Positions 15,721-25,629 of a stretch of 32,000 bases of DNA are shown piece after piece. Source of the stretch: Sinorhizobium meliloti. Lineage in GTDB: Bacteria; Pseudomonadota; Alphaproteobacteria; Rhizobiales; Rhizobiaceae. The stretch covers positions 270,001-302,000 of the forward strand of contig NZ_JAGIOS010000001.1 of NCBI RefSeq assembly GCF_017876815.1, written 5' to 3'. The first letter of the stretch is position 1. Every line of letters begins with the position of its first letter. Under the pieces are notes generated by a model, which saw nothing but the letters and a program-made list of their open reading frames with translations, did no database searches and was not told the DNA's origin. The position numbers were made by a program, and so were the translations under genes.

Positions 15721-16104
15721 TCAACCACGGTCGATTTCACCCGGACGTGCATTGTTGCGGTATTGCAGATTGATGAGCACGCCCTTCAGCATACGCGTCA
15801 GCGCCAGGCTCAAGACGGTTGCAAGCGGAATCCACAGGAGGAAATGCAGCCAGAGCGGCGGGTTGACATTGATCTCCATCCAGAGCGCCGCGCCGACGAC
15901 CACGAAGCCGACGATCAGGATGACGAAGACGACCGGACCATCGCCGGAATCCGCGAAACCATAATCGAGCTCGCAACTGCCGCAGGCCGGCCGAACCTTC
16001 AGCAGCCCGTCGAAGAGCTTTCCCTGGCCGCAGCGGGGGCAAAGACCCTTGATTCCCGTCATCACGGGATCGACGGGCGGATAGAGCGCCTTGTCTTCGT
16101 TCAT
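15721..16104 (-). CDS. DUF983-like zinc-ribbon membrane protein
   Basis: ORF track 15721..16194. ATG at 16102-16104 gives MNEDKALYPPVDPVMTGIKGLCPRCGQGKLF...CGSCELDY (CxxC-N17-CxxC) followed by two hydrophobic helices. The ATG overlaps the stop of the upstream relic ORF (ATGA). Confidence 0.75.
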   Translation of the reverse strand: MNEDKALYPPVDPVMTGIKGLCPRCGQGKLFDGLLKVRPACGSCELDYGFADSGDGPVVFVILIVGFVVVGAALWMEINVNPPLWLHFLLWIPLATVLSLALTRMLKGVLINLQYRNNARPGEIDRG

Positions 16105-16283
16105 GGGTTGGTCACGATCGCGGTATTGTTGGGAACCATGTCCCGGATTTCGTCCATCTCGGCATTGGTAACGGCAATGCAGCCATTCGTCCAATCGAAC
16201 ATGTGCGTCAAAAACGCCAGCCAGCCGAAATAAGCCATATGTTCAAATGAAACGGGGCGGCCTCTCAGCCGCCCCGTCATCAT
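16101..16283 (-). pseudogene. Probable relic of the C-terminal part of a YkuD/YafK-type L,D-transpeptidase
   Basis: The 60-codon ORF ends ...FEHMAYFGWLAFLTHMFDWTNGCIAVTNAEMDEIRDMVPNNTAIVTNP. This resembles the His...(S/T)xGC catalytic end of L,D-transpeptidases. There is no room for the N-terminal two thirds, because the ctaE stop is only 15 nt upstream. The first codons are formed by the ctaE terminator hairpin. Many codons end in A/T, unlike neighbouring genes. Confidence 0.4.
16252..16277 (-). terminator. Intrinsic-terminator-like hairpin downstream of ctaE
   Basis: Perfect 10-bp GC-rich stem ACGGGGCGGC / GCCGCCCCGT with a 6-nt loop, 22 nt after the ctaE stop. On the minus strand it is followed by TTCATTTG. 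Confidence 0.55.
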
Positions 16284-16298
16284 CGAAGCATAACGGCG

Positions 16299-17177
16299 TC
16301 AGCCGTGGGCGATCGGCGCGCCCCAGCCACCCCAGATGTAGATGGAGAAGAAGAGGAACAGCCAGACGACGTCGACGAAATGCCAGTACCAGGCCGCCGC
16401 CTCGAAGCCGAAGTGGTGCTTCGGCGTGAAGTCGCCCCGCAGGGCGCGCAGCAGGCAGACGAGCAGGAAGATCGTGCCGACCAGCACGTGGAAACCGTGG
16501 AAGCCGGTCGCCATGAAGAAGGTCGCGCCGTAGATCGAATCCTTGAAGGCGAACGGCGCGTGCGCATACTCGTAGCCCTGCACGTAGGAGAACAGAACGC
16601 CGAGCATGACCGTGAGCGTCAGGCCGTAGACGAGGCCCTTGCGATCGTTGTGCAGCAGCGCATGGTGTGCCCAGGTCGCCGTCGTGCCGGAGAGCAGCAG
16701 GATGACGGTGTTGTAGAGCGGCAGGTGCCAGGGATCGAGGACCTCGATGCCCTTCGGCGGCCAGACGCCGCCGGTGAACTCGGCGCGCGCGGCCTGGATC
16801 GCTTCACCGGGAAAGAGGCTGGCGTCGAAGAATGCCCAGAACCAGGCAGCGAAGAACATCACCTCGGAAGCGATGAACATGATCATGCCGTAGCGCAGGT
16901 GCAGCGACACGACGCGGGTATGGTGGCCCTCATGCGCTTCCTTGATGGTATCCGACCACCAGCCGAACATGGTGTAAAGGATCAGCGCCAGACCGATGAA
17001 GAAGACCCACGGATTGGCGAACTCAAGCCCGAACATCTTGAACGAGCCGCCGGAGAGATAGCGCATGTAGCCGACGCCGCCGAAGGCCATGACGAAGGCT
17101 CCGATGGAGGCAAGCAGCGGCCACGGGCTCGGGTCGATGATGTGATAGTCGTGTTGCTTCTGGTGCGCTCCGGCCAT
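16299..17177 (-). CDS. ctaE: Cytochrome c oxidase (aa3) subunit III
   Basis: ORF track 16299..17237. ATG at 17175-17177 gives MAGAHQKQHDYHIIDPSPWPLL, the canonical subunit III N-terminus, and about 292 aa. The protein is multi-TM and His-rich. Confidence 0.9.
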   Translation of the reverse strand: MAGAHQKQHDYHIIDPSPWPLLASIGAFVMAFGGVGYMRYLSGGSFKMFGLEFANPWVFFIGLALILYTMFGWWSDTIKEAHEGHHTRVVSLHLRYGMIMFIASEVMFFAAWFWAFFDASLFPGEAIQAARAEFTGGVWPPKGIEVLDPWHLPLYNTVILLLSGTTATWAHHALLHNDRKGLVYGLTLTVMLGVLFSYVQGYEYAHAPFAFKDSIYGATFFMATGFHGFHVLVGTIFLLVCLLRALRGDFTPKHHFGFEAAAWYWHFVDVVWLFLFFSIYIWGGWGAPIAHG

Positions 17178-17238
17178 GTCGATAATCCCCGATAGTCCTC
17201 TCTTGTCGCCGTCCGGCATAGCCGAAAAGGCGCTCATG

Positions 17239-17835
17239 TCAAAGTTTGTTTTCGGCCTTCGCCTTCACTTGCGCGACCGGCTTGGAGGGTTCGCGCGGGT
17301 AGAAGGTGTAGGACAGCGTCAAAGTCTTGATGCCCTGCGTCTCTACCGGCTTGACGATCTCCGGATCGACGAAGAAGACGACCGGCATCTCCATTTCCTC
17401 GCCCGGCTCAAGCGTCGTCTCCGTGAAGCAGAAGCATTGCACCTTGTTGAAATAGGCACCGGCCGCCATCGGCGTCACGTTGAAGGTCGCCTGGCCCGTC
17501 GTCGGCGTGGAAGCCAGGTTCTTCGCACGGTACATGATCTGCACCGTCTCGCCGATCCTGACGTCGATATCCCGTTGAACCGGGACGAACTCCCAGGGCA
17601 GTCCGGCAGCGACGTTGGCGTCGAACGTGACCTTGATCTTCTCGTCGAGGATTAGGTCGGATGCCTGCTCGACCCGCTGCGTGGTGCCGTTATAGCCCGT
17701 GACCCGGCAGAACATGTCGTAGAGCGGAACGGCCGCATAGGCCATGCCGATCATGCCTGCCACAAAGGCAAGGCACGTGCCGACGATCACGCCGTTCGAG
17801 CGTTCCTTCCGATCTGCCTGCCCATTGTCCGCCAT
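17239..17835 (-). CDS. ctaG: Cytochrome c oxidase assembly protein CtaG/Cox11 (CuB insertion)
   Basis: ORF track 17239..17850, whose first codon is TTG; ATG at 17833-17835 gives [15 protein letters not shown]. It has an N-terminal TM and the Cox11 signature CFCF (KVQCFCFTE). Confidence 0.88.
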   Translation of the reverse strand: MADNGQADRKERSNGVIVGTCLAFVAGMIGMAYAAVPLYDMFCRVTGYNGTTQRVEQASDLILDEKIKVTFDANVAAGLPWEFVPVQRDIDVRIGETVQIMYRAKNLASTPTTGQATFNVTPMAAGAYFNKVQCFCFTETTLEPGEEMEMPVVFFVDPEIVKPVETQGIKTLTLSYTFYPREPSKPVAQVKAKAENKL

Positions 17836-17846
17836 GCGCAACGCCT

Positions 17847-17987
17847 TCAATTCACCATGCCGCCGCCGACCTTGACCAGCGTGACGACGTAGAAAATTGC
17901 GACCAGGGCCGCCAGCACGATGCCGAGCGCGATGTTGCGGCCGCGGCGGGACTTCTTCTGAGCCTCGTTGAGTTCAACGGTTTCCAT
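17847..17987 (-). CDS. Small single-TM protein (46 aa) between ctaB and ctaG (CoxF-like position)
   Basis: It is below the 60-aa track cutoff, so I translated it by hand: [46 protein letters not shown]. The ATG (17985-17987) overlaps the ctaB TGA (ATGA). The stop at 17847-17849 is 11 nt before the ctaG ATG. Codons are GC3-rich like the neighbours. Confidence 0.6.
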   Translation of the reverse strand: METVELNEAQKKSRRGRNIALGIVLAALVAIFYVVTLVKVGGGMVN

Positions 17988-18937
17988 CAGACAATGCCTC
18001 CAAGCCAGATCCGGGCGATCGCGTAATCAACCAGGAGCGCCGAGAATATCGCGAAAAGATACGCGATCGAGAATGCGAAGAGCTTTTTCGCCGGCACCAT
18101 GCGCTTGTCGCCTTCGGGCATGCGCAGTACGCCCAGCGAATACCAGACGAAGCCGAGCCCCATGGCCGTGGCAAAGGCTCCATAGCCGAGGCTCGCGAAG
18201 CCGAGCAAGGTGGGACAGACGCCGCTGACTGCGGTGAGCACTGCGTAAATGACGATCTGCCGCTTGGTCGTCGCCTCGCCGCAGACATTCGGCATCATCG
18301 GCACGCCGACCGCGCCGTAATCGCCCATCTTGAAGAGAGCCAGGGCCCAGAAATGCGCCGGCGTCCAGAGAAAGATTATGAGGAAGAGCACGATGCTCTC
18401 GACCGACACGCCGCCGGTCACGCAGGCCCAGCCTATCATCGGGGGGAAGGCCCCGGCGGCTCCACCGATGACGATGTTCTGCGGCGTCGAGCGCTTCAGC
18501 CACATCGTATAGATGGCCACGTAGAAGAAAATCGTGAAGGCGAGCAACCCGGCTGCGAGCCAGTGGACGGCGAGCCCGAGGATGATCACCGAGAATGCCG
18601 ACAGGGTCAGTCCGAAGGCAAGCGCCTCCTGGGGCAGAATCTTGCCCGCCGGAATCGGACGCTTGGCCGTGCGGCTCATCACCGCGTCGATATCCGCGTC
18701 GTACCACATGTTCAGCGCTCCGGAAGCGCCGGCTCCGATGGCGATGCATAGAATGGCGGTGAAGCCGATGAACGGATTGATATGGCCGGGGGCAAGGACG
18801 AGCCCGGCGAATGCGGTGAAGACGACGAGAGACATGACACGCGGCTTCAGGAGCTCGAAATAATCGCGTGCAGAGGCCTCGGAAAGTCGCGGTGCGCCTT
18901 CCATGCCAACTACCTCGTGATTGCCGATGACCGTCAT
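17987..18937 (-). CDS. ctaB: Protoheme IX farnesyltransferase (heme O synthase)
   Basis: ORF track 17987..19096. ATG at 18935-18937 gives [41 protein letters not shown]. It is a multi-TM UbiA-family protein with the motif [15 protein letters not shown]. Confidence 0.88.
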   Translation of the reverse strand: MTVIGNHEVVGMEGAPRLSEASARDYFELLKPRVMSLVVFTAFAGLVLAPGHINPFIGFTAILCIAIGAGASGALNMWYDADIDAVMSRTAKRPIPAGKILPQEALAFGLTLSAFSVIILGLAVHWLAAGLLAFTIFFYVAIYTMWLKRSTPQNIVIGGAAGAFPPMIGWACVTGGVSVESIVLFLIIFLWTPAHFWALALFKMGDYGAVGVPMMPNVCGEATTKRQIVIYAVLTAVSGVCPTLLGFASLGYGAFATAMGLGFVWYSLGVLRMPEGDKRMVPAKKLFAFSIAYLFAIFSALLVDYAIARIWLGGIV

Positions 18938-18998
18938 GTCCGTACCTTGAACTTGCTGCGGCAGAAACAGCCGCGTCACGCCGGCCTGCCGGCGGGGA

Positions 18999-19022
18999 GA
19001 AGCCGCCGAAACCGGCGGCTTC
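18999..19022 (-). other. Perfect 10-bp hairpin in the ctaD-ctaB intergenic spacer
   Basis: GAAGCCGCCG-AAAC-CGGCGGCTTC lies 14 nt after the ctaD stop, with no U-tract on the minus strand. It is adjacent to CCGGCCTGCCGGC (18981-18993), which is identical to the RIME core. Confidence 0.5.
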
Positions 19023-19035
19023 TGTTCGTTACCCG

Positions 19036-21628
<2,593 letters not shown>

Positions 21629-21649
21629 AATTACGTCTCCCCAATGCGC

Positions 21650-21663
21650 TTGATCAGGATCAA
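21650..21663. promoter_or_regulatory. Perfect FNR/FixK/CRP-family box TTGAT-N4-ATCAA
   Basis: TTGATCAGGATCAA lies 21 nt upstream of the ctaC GTG on the minus strand. On the plus strand a -10-like GATACT (21685-21690) sits at the spacing expected for a class II FNR-type promoter. Confidence 0.5.
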
Positions 21664-22029
21664 ACCCGGAACACAGAATCCCTGCGATACTGAAGCGCTT
21701 CAAACCACAGTTTGACCAGCGCCGCAACATCTGTCCAAGCAACCTCGTGCGGCATTTTTGCACAAAGCGGAAGTTTTCGCACAGGAGACCTCGCAACCGG
21801 TCGAAAGCCCTCCCACGCACCGGCGCCCGCGCGCGGACCGGTCATTCGCCGCCCCATTTGCGGGCAGCCACGCTCACCGGCGGAGAGAAAGCGGCCCTCG
21901 GCACGCCGATTTCGTACCGGGAGGGCCCAATTTCGGCCATATGACACTGGAATGTAACGACCAGGGCTTTTCATTTATCCTCGCGCGCTTCAAGAATAGC
22001 CCTAATGATTCGAGGTTTTTGAGGTTTAC

Positions 22030-22560
22030 ATGGGCCTGTCCCTCTTCTCCCGGCTGCCCGCCCTGGCCGCGCTCGCAATTGCCGCCTTCGCACTCCCCGC
22101 AGCAAGCTTGGCCCAGCAATCCAACGCAACGCCGGGCACGGTGAAGTCAAATCACGGCGCGTGGTCGATCGTCTGCGACCAGCCGGCAGGCGCCTCGGCC
22201 GAACAGTGCGCGCTGATGCAGAACGTCATCGCCGAAGACAGGCCTGAAGTCGGTCTCTCGGTCGTCGTCCTCAAGACCGCCGACCGCAAGGCGAAGATCC
22301 TTCGGGTGCTTGCGCCGCTCGGCGTGCTCCTGCCGAACGGCCTCGGCCTCAATGTCGACGGCAAGGACATCGGCCGCGCCTATTTCGTGCGCTGCTTCTC
22401 CGACGGCTGCTACGCCGAGGTCGTGCTCGAAGACGAGCTTCTCAAGACCTTCCGCGCCGGCGCGACGGCGACCTTCATCGTTTTCCAGTCGCCCGAGGAA
22501 GGCATTGGCATCCCCGTCGACCTCAAGGGCTTCGACGAAGGCTACGACGCCCTGCCGTAA
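22030..22560 (+). CDS. Invasion-associated locus B (IalB) family periplasmic protein
   Basis: 176-aa ORF with signal peptide MGLSLFSRLPALAALAIAAFALPAASLA. It contains WSIVCD...CALMQ and CFSDGCYAE motifs typical of IalB-like proteins. Confidence 0.75.
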   Translation: MGLSLFSRLPALAALAIAAFALPAASLAQQSNATPGTVKSNHGAWSIVCDQPAGASAEQCALMQNVIAEDRPEVGLSVVVLKTADRKAKILRVLAPLGVLLPNGLGLNVDGKDIGRAYFVRCFSDGCYAEVVLEDELLKTFRAGATATFIVFQSPEEGIGIPVDLKGFDEGYDALP

Positions 22561-22584
22561 CGGCAGCTTGCTTCAAGGCGAGGG

Positions 22585-22615
22585 AGCCGCGTCGGGTGAC
22601 GCGGCTTTTATTTTG
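22585..22615 (+). terminator. Rho-independent terminator of the IalB-like gene
   Basis: AGCCGCGTC-GGGT-GACGCGGCT forms a 9-bp stem followed by TTTATTTTG, 25 nt after the stop. The same hairpin lies just downstream of the convergent ribBA stop. Confidence 0.75.
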
Positions 22616-22628
22616 GGCTCTTCCGGAT

Positions 22629-23729
22629 TTACAGAATCTCGGTAGCGGCGATCTTGATGCCGAAGCCCTCCAGGCCGACATAATGCCGCTCGCGCGACGA
22701 AAGAAGGCGAATGGAGGTGATGCCGAGGTCTTTCAGGATCTGCGCGCCGAGGCCGATCTCCAGCCACTCGCTTTCGCGCTCCTGTGCCTCCGAGTGGACC
22801 TCCCTCTCGTGCTTGCCCTTTCGCGCTGTCTGCGAAATTCCGACCCCCACGGAGCCCTCCCGCAGATAGACGATGACGCCCCTCCCCTCGGCGGCGATGC
22901 GCTTCATGATCTCGTCGATCTGGCGGCCGCGGCCGAAGACGTCGGCTCCGACATTTTCGAGGTGGAGACGCACGGGAATGTCGACGCCGTCGCGAATGTC
23001 TCCGAAAACCACGGCCAGGTGCTGCATCGTATCCCAGGGCAGCGAATAGGTGTGGCCCTTGGCCTTGCCGTAGGGCGTGTCCATTTCGAAGGAATGGCCC
23101 TGCTCGATCAAGGTCTCCTTGCGCTGGCGATAGGCAATGAGATCGGCCACGGAGACCTGCTTCAGGCCGTGCGTTTCCGCGAAGGCTTCGACCTGCGGCC
23201 CACGCATGACGGTGCCGTCATCGTTGACGAGTTCGCAGATGACGCCGATCGGCGGCAGGCTCGCGAGCCTGCAGAGATCGACGGCGGCCTCGGTATGGCC
23301 GGAGCGCATCAGCACGCCGCCCTCGCGCGCCACGAGAGGGAATATGTGGCCCGGCCGGACGAAATCCGTCGGCCCGACATTCGGATTGGCAAGGTTTCTG
23401 ACCGTAAGCGTTCGGTCGTCTGCGGAAATGCCGGTCGTGGTCCCGTGCTTGAAATCGACCGACACCGTGAAGGCGGTGGTGTGGGCGGAGTCGTTCTCGG
23501 CAACCATCGCATTCAGGTTGAGGCGTTTTGCCTCCTCGCGCGGCATCGGCGTGCAGACGATGCCGGAGGTATGGCGCACGATGAACGCCATCTTCTCAGG
23601 CGTGCAGTGCACCGCTGCGACGATCAGGTCGCCCTCGTTCTCACGGCCGCCGTCGTCGGTGACGACGACGATCTCGCCTGCTTCGAAGGCGCGAATGGCT
23701 TCGACGACGCGCTTCTGGTCGTAGGACAT
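22629..23729 (-). CDS. ribB: 3,4-dihydroxy-2-butanone-4-phosphate synthase fused to a degenerate GTP cyclohydrolase II-like domain (RibBA/RibBX-type)
   Basis: 366-aa ORF. The N-terminal half has DHBPS motifs (VVVTDDGGRENEGDLIVAA, RSGHTEAAVDL). The C-terminal half aligns to RibA but has no Cys at all: HLENVGADVFGRGRQ replaces HSECLTGD...RCDCG. Confidence 0.85.
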   Translation of the reverse strand: MSYDQKRVVEAIRAFEAGEIVVVTDDGGRENEGDLIVAAVHCTPEKMAFIVRHTSGIVCTPMPREEAKRLNLNAMVAENDSAHTTAFTVSVDFKHGTTTGISADDRTLTVRNLANPNVGPTDFVRPGHIFPLVAREGGVLMRSGHTEAAVDLCRLASLPPIGVICELVNDDGTVMRGPQVEAFAETHGLKQVSVADLIAYRQRKETLIEQGHSFEMDTPYGKAKGHTYSLPWDTMQHLAVVFGDIRDGVDIPVRLHLENVGADVFGRGRQIDEIMKRIAAEGRGVIVYLREGSVGVGISQTARKGKHEREVHSEAQERESEWLEIGLGAQILKDLGITSIRLLSSRERHYVGLEGFGIKIAATEIL

Positions 23730-23771
23730 ATATATTGCCTCCGCGAATATCTTGTTTGGCGCAATGCCTGA

Positions 23772-23809
23772 CAGCGGCGCGCGTCTTTTTGGACGCGCAA
23801 AGGCCGCTG
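23772..23809 (-). other. Strong compound hairpin between aroC and ribBA
   Basis: Outer stem CAGCGGC / GCCGCTG and inner stem GCGCGTC / GACGCGC give 14 bp in total with a 4-nt bulge and 6-nt loop. It lies 12 nt after the aroC stop and about 42 nt before the ribBA ATG. There is no U-tract on the minus strand. Confidence 0.5.
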
Positions 23810-23820
23810 CAGCAGTGGAG

Positions 23821-24918
23821 TTACTTCAGCCGCCCGGTCTGACCGCGGTCACGCAGATAATGATCGGCGATGGCGCAGGCAAGCATGGCCTCCCCGATCG
23901 GCACCGCCCGAATGCCGACGCAGGGGTCGTGGCGGCCCTTGGTGCGCACGTCGACCTCCTTGCCGTCGCTGTCGATCGAACGGCGCTCCGTGAGAATGGA
24001 CGAAGTCGGCTTGATGGCGAAGCGCGCAACGACCGGCTGCCCGGTCGCGATCCCGCCCAGAATGCCGCCGGCATTGTTGGACAGGAAAACCGGCTCGCCC
24101 TGCGCCCCGATGCGCATTTCGTCGGCGTTCTCCTCGCCGCTGATCTCGGCTGCGGCAAAGCCGTTGCCGATCTCGACGCCTTTGACCGCGTTGATGGACA
24201 TCAGATTGGCGGCGATATCCTGATCGAGCTTCGCATAGATCGGCGCGCCGATGCCGGCCGGAACGCCTTCGGCAACCACCTCGACCACGGCGCCGATCGA
24301 CGATCCCGCTTTGCGGATGCCGTCGAGATATTCTTCCCAGACGGGCACGATCGCCGGGTCGGGTGCGAAGAACGGATTGTTGTTCACTTCCGCCCAGTCC
24401 CAATTGGACCGGTCGATCCGGTGCTTGCCGATCTGGACGAGTGCACCGCGAACCACCAGGCCCGGCACGACCTTGCGCGCGATAGCGCCCGCCGCCACGC
24501 GCGCAGCCGTCTCGCGCGCCGAGGAGCGGCCGCCGCCGCGGTAATCGCGGATGCCGTATTTCGCATCGTAGGTATAGTCTGCATGACCGGGACGGTATCG
24601 CTTGGCGATCTCGGAATAATCCTTGGAACGCTGGTCGGTATTCTCGATCATCATCGAGATTGGCGTACCGGTCGAAATCATCGTCTCGCCGTCGTCATCG
24701 AGCATCACGCCGGAAAGGACCTTCACAAGGTCGTCCTCACGACGCTGGGTGACGAAGCGCGACTGGCCGGGTTTGCGCTTGTCGAGCCAGGCCTGGACTT
24801 CGGCGAGCGTAAAGCGAATTCCGGGCGGACACCCGTCGACGACACAGCCAAGTGCGGGACCGTGGCTTTCGCCCCAGGTCGTGACGCGGAAAAGATGACC
24901 GAATGTATTGTGCGACAT
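23821..24918 (-). CDS. aroC: Chorismate synthase
   Basis: 365-aa ORF with N-terminus [33 protein letters not shown] and GRHDPCVG, both canonical AroC signatures. Confidence 0.95.
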
Positions 24919-25358
24919 GGCGGCTACCGAACTCCGGATCGCGAAGATGGCCGATGGACCCCCTCGCGTCTATTCCAATCACCCCGGAGCCGCAGCTGGC
25001 CCGCTCCGAGGGCCACGCGTCAGACGCGCGTGCCCTCTCTTAGTGGAAAGCGGGCACGCGGGAAAGTCCTTCTGCGCGTCGGCTGGCGCGGGTGCCATCT
25101 CCCCTGTTCCCCAGGCTTGGCGCCTTAAGGAAGATGCCGTGAAATTCCCGTGGAGAACCCGGCGAGAGCGGCTGCCGCAGAGCCGCTCCGCCGCTTTCAC
25201 GGAATCATCGGGTTGTAATTCTCTGAACCGGCCTTCACCCTCCCATGCGGCGGGCAACTGCATCGAAAAAGCAACAACATAGGGCTACTTTTGCCACAAT
25301 CGGGGATCAAAGCGTGAGGACAACAAAATTCGCAGAATCATTGAAGAGGGCAAGAAGG

Positions 25359-25619
25359 ATGCGATTTGTCATTGCCACGCTCATGGCCACCGCAAGCCTG
25401 CTTTCGCCGCTCTCCGCGCTTGCCGAGAGTGCCGACGTCGAAGCCGTGATCACCAGCGTCGATACCGACCGGCTGAGCCTCTCCCTCGATGACGGCAAGA
25501 GCTACCAGGCGCCAGAGGAATTCAACTTCGAGGGGCTGGAGGCCGGCGTCAAGGTGCTTGTCTTCTACACCGAAGTCGACGGCAAGCGCGTCATCAACGA
25601 CCTGGAGATCCTTCAGTAG
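25359..25619 (+). CDS. Small secreted protein (DUF1344-like)
   Basis: ORF track 25245..25619. ATG at 25359 is preceded by AAGAAGGA. Signal peptide MRFVIATLMATASLLSPLSALA is followed by an approximately 64-aa mature beta-rich domain. The family name comes from memory of similar Rhizobiales proteins. Confidence 0.6.
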   Translation: MRFVIATLMATASLLSPLSALAESADVEAVITSVDTDRLSLSLDDGKSYQAPEEFNFEGLEAGVKVLVFYTEVDGKRVINDLEILQ

Positions 25620-25629
25620 GTTTGCGGCG

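Noticed and set aside
16299-17237. Long N-terminal extensions suggested by the ORF track for ctaE, ctaB (to 19096), ctaD (to 21033), ctaC (to 21820), ispH (to 14963), fabI (to 27285), the deacetylase (to 31127), the sensor (from 6761) and others.
   Set aside because: The extensions are Arg/Pro-rich and lack family homology. Internal starts reproduce canonical N-termini and have Shine-Dalgarno sequences or stop-start overlaps with the upstream gene.
21691-21702. The perfect 12-bp palindrome TGAAGCGCTTCA upstream of ctaC. Similar cases are TGCCCTAGGGCA at 6100-6111 and CCGCGCGCGG near 21826-21835.
   Set aside because: By rough estimate, roughly ten perfect 12-bp palindromes are expected by chance in 32 kb at this composition. 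Taken alone they are not evidence of operators, so they are mentioned only as context.
23730-23820. A possible FMN riboswitch upstream of the riboflavin gene.
   Set aside because: Only about 90 nt separate the aroC stop from the ribBA start. The sequence is dominated by one simple hairpin, so it is too short and lacks the multi-stem FMN aptamer layout.
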